Of a stretch of 64,000 nucleotides of DNA, positions 42,601 to 52,375 are shown piece by piece. Source of the DNA: an uncultured Flavobacteriales bacterium (lineage in GTDB: Bacteria; Bacteroidota; Bacteroidia; Flavobacteriales_D; Parvicellaceae); the NCBI GenBank assembly GCA_938075455.1, contig CALJHN010000006.1:48182-112181 (forward strand), read 5' to 3'. The first letter of the stretch is position 1. Every line of letters starts with the position of its first letter. The translations under genes and the position numbers were made by a program. The notes beneath the pieces were generated by a model. It worked only from the letters and a program-made list of their open reading frames with translations. It was not told the origin of the DNA and made no database searches.

Positions 42601-44703
42601 TTAAGCTGTTACTTCACCTTTAGATTTAGCAATTACATCCTCAGAAATACTCTTAGGAGCATCTGAATAATGAGAAAATTCCATACTTGAGGTTGCTCTA
42701 CCTGATGTAATTGTTCTTAATTGGGTTACATATCCAAACATTTCAGAAAGAGGAACCTTCGCTTTAACCACCTTAGAACCTGCTCTGTCGTCCATTCCTT
42801 CAATTAGACCTCTTCTTCTATTTAAATCACCGACAACATCCCCCATATTAGCTTCTGGAGTTACCACCTCAATTTTCATAATTGGCTCTAAAATAACTGG
42901 ATTACACTTTGGAAGAGAAGCTCTGTAAGCCATCTTAGCACAAAGTTCAAACGAAAGAGCATCCGAATCAACTGCATGAAAAGAACCGTCTGTTAATGTT
43001 ATTTGCATATTGTCAATTGGATATCCAGCTAAAACACCATTATTCATGGCATCTTTAAATCCTTTCTCTACAGATGGAATATATTCTTTAGGAATATTAC
43101 CACCTTTGATTTTATTGGTAAAGATTAAACCAGGCTTTTCAGCATCTCCAGGTTCGATAGTAAATACTATGTCAGCAAATTTACCTCTACCACCTGATTG
43201 CTTTTTGTAAACTTCTCTATGTTCAGCAGATGAGCTAATTGCTTCTTTGTATGCAACTTGAGGCGCTCCTTGATTACACTCAACTTTAAATTCTCTTCTT
43301 AGACGATCTAAAATTATATCAAGATGTAATTCTCCCATTCCAGAAATAATTGTCTGACCAGAGTCTTCGTCTGTTTTTACTCTAAAAGTTGGATCTTCTT
43401 CAACTAATTTTGAAAGAGCTAAACCAAGTTTATCGACGTCTGCTTGAGTTTTAGGCTCAATTGCCAAACCAATTACTGGTTCTGGAAAATCCATTGATTC
43501 TAATATTATGTGCTTTTTTTCATCACAAAGCGTATCACCAGTCTTAATATCTTTAAATCCAACCAATGCACCAATATCTCCAGCATCTAATGATGGAATC
43601 TGATTTTGTTTGTTAGCATGCATTTGAAAAATTCTAGAAATTCTTTCTTTTTTAGATGTCCTAGTATTGTATACATAAGAACCAGAATTTAATTTACCAG
43701 AGTAAGCTCTAGTAAAACATAATCTACCAACAAATGGATCCGTAGCAATTTTAAAAGCCAGTGAGCTAAAAGGTTCATTTACGGATGGTTGCCTAGAAAT
43801 TTCCTCCCCGGTATTTGGATCCGTTCCAGAAATAGCTTTTATATCTAAAGGTGATGGAAGAATTTCCATTACCATATCTAACATTGTTTGTACACCTTTG
43901 TTTTTAAAAGCAGAACCACACATCATAGGAACAACTTTACCAGCAATAGTAGCTTCTCTTAGGGCATCCAAAATTTCTCTTTCTGTCAAAGAATTCTCAT
44001 CCTCGAAATATTTTTCTAATAAGTTATCGTCAAATTCAGCAACTGCTTCCAATAATTCTCCTCTTAGAGCTCTAGCTTCATCAATGATATCTGCTGGTAT
44101 TTCAATTTCTTTGAATGTCATACCCATATCATCTTCATTCCAAACAATCCCCTTAAAATTAATCAAATCAACTACACCTTTAAAATCGTCTTCAGAACCA
44201 ATATTAATTTGCAATGGCAAAGCATGACTTCCTAACATTTCTTTGACTTGCTTACAAACATTAAGAAAATCAGCACCTTGACGATCCATCTTATTAACGA
44301 ATCCAATTCTAGGAACATTGTAATTATTTGCCAATCTCCAATTAGTCTCGGATTGAGGCTCAACCCCGTCAACTGCACTAAATAAAAATACCAAACCATC
44401 TAAAACTCTCAAAGACCTATTTACTTCAACCGTGAAATCAACGTGTCCTGGTGTATCGATTATATTTACATGGTATTCTTGTTCTCTATAATTCCAATTA
44501 AGAGTAGTTGCAGCGGAAGTAATGGTAATACCTCTTTCTTGTTCTTGCTCCATCCAATCCATTGTAGCAGCACCGTCATGTACTTCTCCAATTTTATGGC
44601 TTACCCCACCATAATATAGAATTCTTTCAGTAGTAGTAGTCTTTCCAGCATCTATATGTGCTGCAATCCCAATGTTTCTTGTGTATTTTAAATCTCTTGC
44701 CAT
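42601..44703 (-). CDS. fusA: Elongation factor G
   Basis: 700 aa; [33 protein letters not shown]; followed directly by rpsJ (no tuf). Confidence 0.98.
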   Translation of the reverse strand: MARDLKYTRNIGIAAHIDAGKTTTTERILYYGGVSHKIGEVHDGAATMDWMEQEQERGITITSAATTLNWNYREQEYHVNIIDTPGHVDFTVEVNRSLRVLDGLVFLFSAVDGVEPQSETNWRLANNYNVPRIGFVNKMDRQGADFLNVCKQVKEMLGSHALPLQINIGSEDDFKGVVDLINFKGIVWNEDDMGMTFKEIEIPADIIDEARALRGELLEAVAEFDDNLLEKYFEDENSLTEREILDALREATIAGKVVPMMCGSAFKNKGVQTMLDMVMEILPSPLDIKAISGTDPNTGEEISRQPSVNEPFSSLAFKIATDPFVGRLCFTRAYSGKLNSGSYVYNTRTSKKERISRIFQMHANKQNQIPSLDAGDIGALVGFKDIKTGDTLCDEKKHIILESMDFPEPVIGLAIEPKTQADVDKLGLALSKLVEEDPTFRVKTDEDSGQTIISGMGELHLDIILDRLRREFKVECNQGAPQVAYKEAISSSAEHREVYKKQSGGRGKFADIVFTIEPGDAEKPGLIFTNKIKGGNIPKEYIPSVEKGFKDAMNNGVLAGYPIDNMQITLTDGSFHAVDSDALSFELCAKMAYRASLPKCNPVILEPIMKIEVVTPEANMGDVVGDLNRRRGLIEGMDDRAGSKVVKAKVPLSEMFGYVTQLRTITSGRATSSMEFSHYSDAPKSISEDVIAKSKGEVTA

Positions 44704-44708
44704 GTCTA

Positions 44709-45176
44709 TTAAAACCTGAAGTGTGAAAATGCTTTATTGGCTTCTGCCATTCTATGAACATCTTCTTTTTTCTTAAATGCAGCTCCTTCTTCTTTGGATG
44801 CTGCCATAATTTCTCCTGCTAATTTTTCGCTCATGGTCTTTTCGTTTCTTTTCTGTGAAAAACCGATTAACCATTTTATAGCTAAAGATCTTTTTCTGCT
44901 ATCTCTTACAGGTGTTGGAATTTGGAATGTTGCTCCACCTACTCTTCTACTTTTAACTTCGACTGCTGGGGTAATATTTGCAACTGCTTTTTTCCATATC
45001 TCTAAACCATCTTCTGATGTTTTTTCTGAGACTATTGCTATAGAATCATAAAAAATATTGAATGCAATATTTTTCTTTCCGTCTACCATAAGACTATTCA
45101 CAAATTTTGTAACCTCAGTGTCTTTAAACTTAGGATCTGGTAAAATAATGTGCTTTTTTGCTGTTCTTCTTCTCAT
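44709..45176 (-). CDS. rpsG: 30S ribosomal protein S7
   Basis: [17 protein letters not shown]...[11 protein letters not shown]. Confidence 0.98.
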   Translation of the reverse strand: MRRRTAKKHIILPDPKFKDTEVTKFVNSLMVDGKKNIAFNIFYDSIAIVSEKTSEDGLEIWKKAVANITPAVEVKSRRVGGATFQIPTPVRDSRKRSLAIKWLIGFSQKRNEKTMSEKLAGEIMAASKEEGAAFKKKEDVHRMAEANKAFSHFRF

Positions 45177-45184
45177 CTAATAAG

Positions 45185-45562
45185 TTATTTCTTTTTAACT
45201 TTTTTGGTGCCATACTTAGATCTTCTTTGTGATCTACCTTCTACACCTGCTGTATCCAACGCTCCTCTAACTATATGGTATCTAACACCTGGTAAATCTT
45301 TTACTCTCCCGCCTCTTACTAAAACTATACTGTGTTCTTGTAAATTATGTCCTTCACCGCCGATGTAGGCATTTACTTCTTTTCCATTGGTAAGTCTAAC
45401 TCTAGCAACTTTTCTCATTGCAGAGTTTGGCTTTTTTGGAGTAGTTGTGTATACTCTAACACACACTCCTCTCCTCTGTGGACAAGAATTTAATGCTATA
45501 GATTTACTAACTTTTATTTTAGTTTGTCTACCCTTTCTTACTAACTGCTGTATCGTTGGCAT
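45185..45562 (-). CDS. rpsL: 30S ribosomal protein S12
   Basis: [12 protein letters not shown]...[10 protein letters not shown]...[13 protein letters not shown]. Confidence 0.98.
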   Translation of the reverse strand: MPTIQQLVRKGRQTKIKVSKSIALNSCPQRRGVCVRVYTTTPKKPNSAMRKVARVRLTNGKEVNAYIGGEGHNLQEHSIVLVRGGRVKDLPGVRYHIVRGALDTAGVEGRSQRRSKYGTKKVKKK

Positions 45563-45591
45563 TTTACTTTATTTATTGATTTTTCGGCTTG

Positions 45592-45599
45592 CAAAGGTA
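45592..45599 (-). promoter_or_regulatory. Candidate -7 box TACCTTTG for the rpsL-to-rplQ ribosomal superoperon
   Basis: Plus strand CAAAGGTA 45592-45599, 29 nt upstream of rpsL ATG (45562). Confidence 0.45.
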
Positions 45600-45705
45600 T
45601 GAGAATATCTTAAAAATCCAATATATGAACGATTATTTTTAAAATGTTTATTTACTGAGGATTATTTATTATTTACTAAATGTGTAGATATAGCTAAAAT
45701 TATTG

Positions 45706-45721
45706 TTGTTTTACAAAACAA
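45706..45721. promoter_or_regulatory. 16-bp inverted repeat TTGTTTT-AC-AAAACAA upstream of uvrD promoter
   Basis: Read directly; ends 20 nt upstream of the uvrD -7 box. Operator function is speculative. Confidence 0.3.
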
Positions 45722-45741
45722 ATATTTATTAATTTTCTAAG

Positions 45742-45749
45742 TAGATTTG
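45742..45749 (+). promoter_or_regulatory. Candidate -7 box TAGATTTG for uvrD
   Basis: TAGATTTG 45742-45749, 11 nt upstream of ATG 45761 (very short leader). Confidence 0.4.
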
Positions 45750-45760
45750 GAACTACAAAA

Positions 45761-48028
45761 ATGAACATACTTCAAGGACTAAATAAATCTCAAACTGAAG
45801 CAACAAAAGTAATTAATGGACCAATAATGGTTATAGCTGGAGCAGGATCTGGAAAAACAAAGGTATTGACTCACAGAATTGCTTATTTAATAGAAAATGG
45901 AATTGATCCATTTAATATTCTTTCTCTGACATTTACAAACAAAGCTGCGCAAGAAATGAAAGAGCGAATATCAACAATGGTTGGCTCAGAAAACTCTAGA
46001 AATATTTGGATGGGCACTTTTCACTCTGTTTTTGCTAGAATCCTTAGAGTTGAACACGAAAAAATTGGATTTCCTTCTAATTTTACTATTTATGATACTC
46101 AAGATGCCAAAAGCTTAATTAAAACGATTGTAAAAGAAAAAAAATTAGACGACAAGCTTTACAAACCTGGCATTATATATAATAGAATTTCTGCTGCAAA
46201 AAATAGCTTAATTGGCCCAGAAAACTATTTAAATGACAGCGATATAAAATTAACTGATCGATCTACTGGAAGACCACAAATTGGCGATATATATATGACT
46301 TACAGTCAAAGGTGTTTTAGAGCTTCTGCTATGGACTTTGACGACTTATTGTTTAAAACAAATGTTTTACTAAAACAAAACCCAGAAGTACTCTATAAAT
46401 ATCAAGATAAGTTTAAATACATTCTTGTAGATGAATACCAAGATACTAACCATGCTCAGTATTTAATAATAAAATCTCTAGCAGCTCGCTTTGAAAATAT
46501 ATGTGTTGTGGGAGATGATGCACAATCAATCTATTCTTTTAGAGGGGCAAATATCAAAAATATATTAAATTTTAGAAAAGATTATCCAGACTATCAATTA
46601 TTTAAATTGGAACAGAACTACAGATCAACTAAAAATATTGTTGAGGCTGCAAATAGCATAATAAGAATCAATAAAGATCAGATTAAAAAAAATGTATGGA
46701 CAGAAAATAAGACTGGAAGTAAAATAAAAATAATAAAAAGCTTTTCGGATAATGAAGAAGGAAAAGTGGTAGCTAATAATATCTTCGATAGTTCAGTTTC
46801 ACAAAGTATTTCTTATAAAAATTTTGCTATTCTTTACCGAACCAATGCCCAATCAAGATCTTTTGAAGAAGCTTTAAGAAAATTAAACATACCATATAAA
46901 ATTTATGGTGGTTTGTCTTTTTATCAAAGAAAAGAAATTAAAGATTTATTAGCCTATTACAGATTATCGGCTAATTTAAATGACGAAGAAGCTCTTAAAA
47001 GAATTATAAATTATCCTAAAAGAGGAATTGGTATTACAACTATAAATAAAGCAATAATATGTGCCAACCAAAGAGATGTTTCTCTTTGGGCTGTTTTAAA
47101 AGATCCAAATCTATTTGGATTTGAAGTTAATACTGGGACTAGAAGCAAAATAGATCAATTCACCTCGATGATATTGAATTATAACTCCAGATTAAATAAA
47201 TCTGATGCCTATGAGTTAGCCTTAGAGATAGCTAAAGACACAGGATTAATTAGAGATTTAAGTAATGACAGAACTCCGGAGGGAATTGTACGATTTGAAA
47301 ATGTTCAAGAGCTTTTAAATGGAATACAAGAATTCTCCAAAAACTCGGAGGATGACTCCCTTGTTGTACTAGGAGATTTTTTAATTGATGTTGCATTACT
47401 AACTGACGCGGACAAAGGAGAAGATGATGATGTTAATAAAGTTTCTTTAATGACAATCCATGCAGCAAAAGGATTAGAATTTTCTAATATAAATGTTGTT
47501 GGAATGGAAGAAGATTTATTCCCCTCAATGTTGTCAAAAAATTCAAAATCTGATTTAGAAGAAGAAAGAAGGTTGTTTTATGTTGCAGTTACGAGAGCAA
47601 AAGTAAATCTGACTTTATCTTATGCTGTAAGTAGATTTAGATGGGGAAATTTAATACAATGTGAGCCAAGTAGGTTTTTGGAAGAACTAGATCCAAAATA
47701 TATCGAACATTCCTTTTCAAGAAAAAGATCTTCTGAACCTTTTAAAAAGAGTTTTTCAAAATCTTTATCACAGCCATTAAAAAATAAATTTAGCAAGCCA
47801 TTGGCTCATCTTAAAAAAGTAAGTACTAAAAATAATAGTGCTAGTTACAATAAAGAAAAGGATATTTTAAAAATAAAAATTGGAGATCAAGTAGTTCATG
47901 AAAGATTTGGGAAAGGAAAAGTCGTCGAACTTAACGGTGATTTTCCAAATACAAAGGCTACAGTTTTCTTCCCAAGCACAGGTCAAAAACAATTGTTATT
48001 AAAATTTGCCAAACTTCAATTGATCTAA
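45761..48028 (+). CDS. uvrD: ATP-dependent DNA helicase, UvrD/PcrA/Rep family (SF1A)
   Basis: 755 aa; AGAGSGKT (motif I), LVDEYQDTN (II), TIHAAKGLEF, VAVTRAK; C-terminal Tudor-like GDQVVHERFGKGKVV. Confidence 0.93.
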   Translation: MNILQGLNKSQTEATKVINGPIMVIAGAGSGKTKVLTHRIAYLIENGIDPFNILSLTFTNKAAQEMKERISTMVGSENSRNIWMGTFHSVFARILRVEHEKIGFPSNFTIYDTQDAKSLIKTIVKEKKLDDKLYKPGIIYNRISAAKNSLIGPENYLNDSDIKLTDRSTGRPQIGDIYMTYSQRCFRASAMDFDDLLFKTNVLLKQNPEVLYKYQDKFKYILVDEYQDTNHAQYLIIKSLAARFENICVVGDDAQSIYSFRGANIKNILNFRKDYPDYQLFKLEQNYRSTKNIVEAANSIIRINKDQIKKNVWTENKTGSKIKIIKSFSDNEEGKVVANNIFDSSVSQSISYKNFAILYRTNAQSRSFEEALRKLNIPYKIYGGLSFYQRKEIKDLLAYYRLSANLNDEEALKRIINYPKRGIGITTINKAIICANQRDVSLWAVLKDPNLFGFEVNTGTRSKIDQFTSMILNYNSRLNKSDAYELALEIAKDTGLIRDLSNDRTPEGIVRFENVQELLNGIQEFSKNSEDDSLVVLGDFLIDVALLTDADKGEDDDVNKVSLMTIHAAKGLEFSNINVVGMEEDLFPSMLSKNSKSDLEEERRLFYVAVTRAKVNLTLSYAVSRFRWGNLIQCEPSRFLEELDPKYIEHSFSRKRSSEPFKKSFSKSLSQPLKNKFSKPLAHLKKVSTKNNSASYNKEKDILKIKIGDQVVHERFGKGKVVELNGDFPNTKATVFFPSTGQKQLLLKFAKLQLI

Positions 48029-48056
48029 AATTGATTGTATTGTTCCGTTAAATTAC

Positions 48057-48064
48057 TACATTTG
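48057..48064 (+). promoter_or_regulatory. Candidate -7 box TACATTTG for DUF4290-murA
   Basis: TACATTTG 48057-48064, 24 nt upstream of ATG 48089; lies inside the ORF-track N-terminal extension (TTG 48035), supporting the shorter gene model. Confidence 0.4.
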
Positions 48065-48088
48065 AAACAAAATTTCACACAATTTATT

Positions 48089-48745
48089 ATGAGTTCAACA
48101 CTAGAGTTGGGATACAACACAGAAATGGGAAAATTAGCAATACCTGAATATGGTAGGAATATTCATAAAATGGTGGAACATGCCATAAAAATTAAAGATA
48201 AAGATGAGAGACAGAAATGTGTAAATGTTATTATTAAAGTCATGGATTTAATTAATCCAAATACAAAAAACAACAATAAAAGTGAGGAACATGCTCAAAA
48301 ACTATGGGCTCATCTGCATATTATAGCAAATTTTGAACTTGACGTAGAATCTCCATACAAAAAGCCACAGAAAGAACTTTATCAATCAAAGCCTGATGAA
48401 GTCCCATATCCAAGTAATGCTATAAAATTTAAGCATTATGGAAAAATAATGGAAGACATGGTGAAAGCAGCTACAGAACTTAAGGATGGAGAAGACAAAG
48501 AAAAATTGGTAAAACATATTGCAAATCTACTTAAGACGTCTTATCTTCAGTGGAATAGAGATTCGGTAAGCGACGGTTTGATTATTAAGCAGCTTGAAGA
48601 CCTTTCAGGTGGCAAACTAACTATCACATCTGAAAAACTTAGAGATACTAATGAAATTGTAAAAGCATTCAAGAAGAAGAAATCATATAACAGTAAGAAC
48701 TATCCAAAAAATAAAAATAGAAGAAAGTACAATGGGAGCTTTTGA
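48089..48745 (+). CDS. DUF4290-family protein (conserved partner of murA in Bacteroidota)
   Basis: MSSTLELGYNTEMGKLAIPEYGRNIHKMVEHA... matches my memory of DUF4290 N-termini and the conserved position upstream of murA; basic K/N-rich tail. Confidence 0.7.
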   Translation: MSSTLELGYNTEMGKLAIPEYGRNIHKMVEHAIKIKDKDERQKCVNVIIKVMDLINPNTKNNNKSEEHAQKLWAHLHIIANFELDVESPYKKPQKELYQSKPDEVPYPSNAIKFKHYGKIMEDMVKAATELKDGEDKEKLVKHIANLLKTSYLQWNRDSVSDGLIIKQLEDLSGGKLTITSEKLRDTNEIVKAFKKKKSYNSKNYPKNKNRRKYNGSF

Positions 48746-50042
48746 AATAATTGGCGGAAAAAAACTTACGGGAGAGATAACTCCTCAGGGGGCTAAAAAC
48801 GAAGCTCTTCAGGTTATAAATGCAGTTTTACTAACTGAAAAAAAAGTAATTATTAATAATATTCCAGATATAATTGATGTTAATAAACTTATTGATTTAT
48901 TATCAACTTTAGGAGTTAAAATAAAACAGCTAGGAAAAGGATCTTACAGTTTCAAAGCAGATGAGGTAGATGTAGATATAATGACCTCTGATGTTTTTAA
49001 AAAAAAAGGGGCAAGTCTTAGAGGATCTATTATGGTTGTTGGGCCACTCTTAGCTAGGTTTGGTAAAGGCTATATTCCAAAACCTGGAGGTGATAAAATT
49101 GGCAGAAGAAGGTTAGATACTCATTTTATAGGGTTTCAAAATCTTGGTGCAGAGTTTGATTATGATAAGAATACTAATTTTTATAAAGCTCACTCACCCA
49201 ACGGACTTCAAGGCACTTATATGCTACTGGACGAAGCTTCAGTAACAGGGACTGCAAATATTATTATGGCTGCTGTTTTGGCAAAAGGAGAAACAACTAT
49301 TTACAATGCTGCTTGCGAACCATATATTCAACAGCTTTGTGAAATGCTCAACAGCATGGGAGCTAATATAACTGGTCTTGGTTCAAATAAAATTATAATT
49401 AATGGCGTTGAAAAACTAGATGGATGTTCTCATACTATTCTTCCAGACATGATTGAAATTGGGAGTTTTATTGGATTAGCGGCTATGACTCAATCCGAAA
49501 TACTGATTAAAAATGTTGCTTATGAGAAACTTGGAATGATTCCCAATGTATTTAGAAAATTAGGGATTAAATTGGAGAGGAAAGGAGATGATATATTTAT
49601 TCCATCACAAGAAAATTACGAAATAGAATCTTTTATTGATGGTTCAATTATGACAATATCAGATGCTCCATGGCCGGGATTTACACCAGATTTATTGAGT
49701 ATAATTCTAGTGACTGCCACTCAGGCAAGAGGAAGTGTTTTGGTTCACCAAAAAATGTTTGAAAGCAGATTGTTTTTTGTAGACAAATTAATAGATATGG
49801 GTGCTCAAATTATATTATGTGACCCACACAGAGCAACTGTAATTGGATTAGATAGGAAAGCATCATTAAAAGGAATTAAAATGACTTCACCCGATATACG
49901 AGCTGGAGTTTCACTTTTGATAGCAGCTTTATCGGCGAAGGGTAAAAGTACAGTCTTAAATATCGAACAAATTGATAGGGGTTATGAAAATATTGAAGAA
50001 AGGTTACTTAATTTAGGAGCTCAAATAAAAAGAATTGATTAA
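48732..50042 (+). CDS. murA: UDP-N-acetylglucosamine 1-carboxyvinyltransferase
   Basis: 436 aa; GAKNEALQVINA, KPGGDKIGRRRLDTH active-site loop (Asp121 where E. coli has Cys115), EQIDRGYE C-terminus. Confidence 0.95.
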   Translation: MGAFEIIGGKKLTGEITPQGAKNEALQVINAVLLTEKKVIINNIPDIIDVNKLIDLLSTLGVKIKQLGKGSYSFKADEVDVDIMTSDVFKKKGASLRGSIMVVGPLLARFGKGYIPKPGGDKIGRRRLDTHFIGFQNLGAEFDYDKNTNFYKAHSPNGLQGTYMLLDEASVTGTANIIMAAVLAKGETTIYNAACEPYIQQLCEMLNSMGANITGLGSNKIIINGVEKLDGCSHTILPDMIEIGSFIGLAAMTQSEILIKNVAYEKLGMIPNVFRKLGIKLERKGDDIFIPSQENYEIESFIDGSIMTISDAPWPGFTPDLLSIILVTATQARGSVLVHQKMFESRLFFVDKLIDMGAQIILCDPHRATVIGLDRKASLKGIKMTSPDIRAGVSLLIAALSAKGKSTVLNIEQIDRGYENIEERLLNLGAQIKRID

Positions 50043-50072
50043 CGTGTAAGCTCTATTTAACTAGAAATAAAT

Positions 50073-50606
50073 ATGAAAACTTTAAATTTTATTATTCTAA
50101 GCATTATGATTTGTACTTTCAATATTGAAGCACAGACCACAAATCAAGAAAAAGTTGGTGTAAATATTGGAAATATTGCACCAGATTTAGATTTAAAAAG
50201 CCCAAATGGCGATAATATTAAACTATCCTCTTTAGAAGGAAATATTGTTTTAATTGACTTTTGGGCTTCATGGTGTGGACCATGCAGAAGAGAGAATCCA
50301 AATATAGTTGCCGCCTACAATAAATATTCAAAAAGCAAATTTAAATCGGCAAAAGGCTTTAAGATTTACAGTGTTTCTTTGGATAAAAATAAATCTGCAT
50401 GGGAAAATGCAATTTTAAAAGATAATTTAATTTGGAAAGAACATGTCAGCGACCTTAAAGGCTGGGCAAGTGAGAGTGCCACTACATATGGCGTAAGAGG
50501 AATTCCTTACAATTTTTTAATTGATGCTGATGGTAAAATAATATCTAAAAACCTAAGAGGAATTGCACTACACCAACAAATAGACAAGTTGGTAAAATCA
50601 CTTTAA
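50073..50606 (+). CDS. Secreted TlpA/AhpC-like thioredoxin-fold thiol-disulfide oxidoreductase
   Basis: Signal peptide, FWASWCGPCRRENP (CxxC), 177 aa. Confidence 0.85.
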   Translation: MKTLNFIILSIMICTFNIEAQTTNQEKVGVNIGNIAPDLDLKSPNGDNIKLSSLEGNIVLIDFWASWCGPCRRENPNIVAAYNKYSKSKFKSAKGFKIYSVSLDKNKSAWENAILKDNLIWKEHVSDLKGWASESATTYGVRGIPYNFLIDADGKIISKNLRGIALHQQIDKLVKSL

Positions 50607-50658
50607 TAAAAATTAAACGCTATTAACTCATTTTAAAATATGACACTTTGTCGTATTT

Positions 50659-50666
50659 TAAATTTG
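50659..50666 (+). promoter_or_regulatory. Candidate -7 box TAAATTTG for grpE-dnaJ
   Basis: TAAATTTG 50659-50666, 42 nt upstream of grpE ATG 50709. Confidence 0.35.
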
Positions 50667-50674
50667 GTTCGTAA

Positions 50675-50693
50675 TTTGCATAATTCATGCAAA
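50675..50693. promoter_or_regulatory. Inverted repeat TTTGCAT-aattc-ATGCAAA in the grpE leader
   Basis: Perfect 7-bp arms, 5-nt spacer, between the candidate -7 box and the grpE start; not CIRCE-like. Confidence 0.35.
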
Positions 50694-50708
50694 AATATTT
50701 ATACAAAA

Positions 50709-51233
50709 ATGAAGTCAAAGAAAAAGAAAAAATTAAAAGAGGAATCAGAACAAGAAATCAAAGTAGATTCTCCCAATCAGGCTTCTGAAGAAAGCATAAT
50801 AAAAGAAATTAATATTGATTTCAAAGACAAATACGTTAGGTTGTATTCTGAGTTTGAGAATTACAGAAAAAGAACTGCAAAAGAAAAAATAGAAATTATC
50901 ACTAATGCTAGTGAAAATCTATTAAAAGAAATTATTCCTATTTTGGACGATTTTGAAAGAGCAATGGACAATAATAAAAAAGTGGAGGAAATATCAACTG
51001 TAAAAGAAGGTTTTGAATTGATTCACAACAAAATTTATAAAACTTTGACAAATCAAGGTTTAAAACCTATGAATTCTTTAGGAAAAAGCTTTGATCCAGA
51101 CATTCATGAAGCTATTACTAAAATACCTGCAACGAAAGACAAAATGAAAGGAAAAGTTATGGATGTTATTGAAAAGGGATATATATTAAATGATAAAGTA
51201 ATAAGATTTGCCAAAGTAGTAGTAGGAGAATAA
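50709..51233 (+). CDS. grpE: Nucleotide exchange factor GrpE
   Basis: Start set at ATG 50709 (MKSKKKKKLKEE); YVRLYSEFENYRKR, LPILDDFERA, GY.LNDKVIRFAKV. Confidence 0.93.
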   Translation: MKSKKKKKLKEESEQEIKVDSPNQASEESIIKEINIDFKDKYVRLYSEFENYRKRTAKEKIEIITNASENLLKEIIPILDDFERAMDNNKKVEEISTVKEGFELIHNKIYKTLTNQGLKPMNSLGKSFDPDIHEAITKIPATKDKMKGKVMDVIEKGYILNDKVIRFAKVVVGE

Positions 51234-51244
51234 ATAACTTTAAA

Positions 51245-52363
51245 ATGAGTAAAAAAGATTATTACGAAACACTAAACCTCTCTAAAAATGCATCTGAAGG
51301 TGAAATAAAAAAAGCATACAGAAAATTAGCCATAAAATACCATCCTGATAAAAACCCGGGAAATAGTGCAGCTGAAAAAAGCTTTAAAGAGGCAGCTGAA
51401 GCATATGAAATTTTAAGTAATCCACAAAAAAGACAGCAATATGACCAGTTTGGCCATGCTGCATTTGAAGGAGGTCAAGGGTTTGGTGGCAGAGGTGGTG
51501 GAATGTCTATGGATGATATATTTGATCATTTTGGAGATATTTTTGGATCCTCCTTTGGAGGTGGGGGTGGATTTGGTCGTGGTAGTGGTGGGAGAAGAAT
51601 TAGAAAAGGTTCTAATCTCAGAGTCAAATTAAGGCTTTCTTTAGAAGATATAGTAAATGGTGTTCAAAAGAAAATAAAGGTAAATAAGTTAGTTGCTGCA
51701 AGTGGTGTTGAGTTTTCAACTTGTCCTAGTTGTAACGGAGCTGGACAAGTTACAAGAGTTACCAATACCATACTTGGTGCCATGCAAACAGCATCTACCT
51801 GTCCAAATTGCAAAGGATCAGGACAAATTATTTCAAAAAGACCATCAGGGGTAGACGCAACAGGATTAGAGAAAAAAGAAACTATTATAGAAATAGAAAT
51901 TCCTGCTGGAGTTGAGGAAGGAATGCAATTAAGTATGGAAGGAAAAGGTAATGAGGCGCCGGGTGGTGGAGTCGCAGGTGATTTAATTATTGCGATTGAA
52001 GAAATAGAGCACGAACATTTAGTAAGAAATGGAACTGATATACTATACCAACTTGGAATTACATTTTCAGATGCAGTAATTGGAAAAACTATTGAAATCC
52101 CAATGGTTAGTGGAAAAGCAAAAATTAAAATTCCCTCAGGTACACAAAGTGGAAAAAATTTGAGATTAAGGTCTAAAGGAATTCCAGATGTGAATGGGTA
52201 TGGAAGAGGTGATATGATAGTGAATATACAAGTTTTTACACCTCAAAAAATTTCTAAAGAAGAAAAAGAATTATTGCTAAAATTAAATGAAAGTGATAAC
52301 TTCAAGCCTAAACTAAATCAAACAAAAAACTTTTTTGACCGAATGAAAAACCGTTTTGCTTGA
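51245..52363 (+). CDS. dnaJ: Molecular chaperone DnaJ (only two CxxCxGxG motifs)
   Basis: J-domain YRKLAIKYHPDKNP, G/F-rich linker, CPSCNGAG and CPNCKGSG; 372 aa; only four Cys in the whole protein. Confidence 0.95.
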   Translation: MSKKDYYETLNLSKNASEGEIKKAYRKLAIKYHPDKNPGNSAAEKSFKEAAEAYEILSNPQKRQQYDQFGHAAFEGGQGFGGRGGGMSMDDIFDHFGDIFGSSFGGGGGFGRGSGGRRIRKGSNLRVKLRLSLEDIVNGVQKKIKVNKLVAASGVEFSTCPSCNGAGQVTRVTNTILGAMQTASTCPNCKGSGQIISKRPSGVDATGLEKKETIIEIEIPAGVEEGMQLSMEGKGNEAPGGGVAGDLIIAIEEIEHEHLVRNGTDILYQLGITFSDAVIGKTIEIPMVSGKAKIKIPSGTQSGKNLRLRSKGIPDVNGYGRGDMIVNIQVFTPQKISKEEKELLLKLNESDNFKPKLNQTKNFFDRMKNRFA

Positions 52364-52375
52364 TTTTCGATATAA

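Noticed and set aside
27905-45602. About 20 plus-strand ORFs of 60-110 aa across the ribosomal superoperon (for example 29632-29961, 36401-36679, 43898-44227, 45387-45602)
   Set aside because: All are antisense shadows of highly conserved ribosomal, EF-G or SecY genes. Their translations are Ser/Leu/Phe/Ile-rich, as expected from reverse-complemented AT-rich coding sequence. None has an upstream intergenic space or a promoter box.
50607-50708. CIRCE/HrcA operator upstream of grpE
   Set aside because: No TTAGCACTC-N9-GAGTGCTAA-like sequence is present. The only palindrome there is unrelated and is reported separately.
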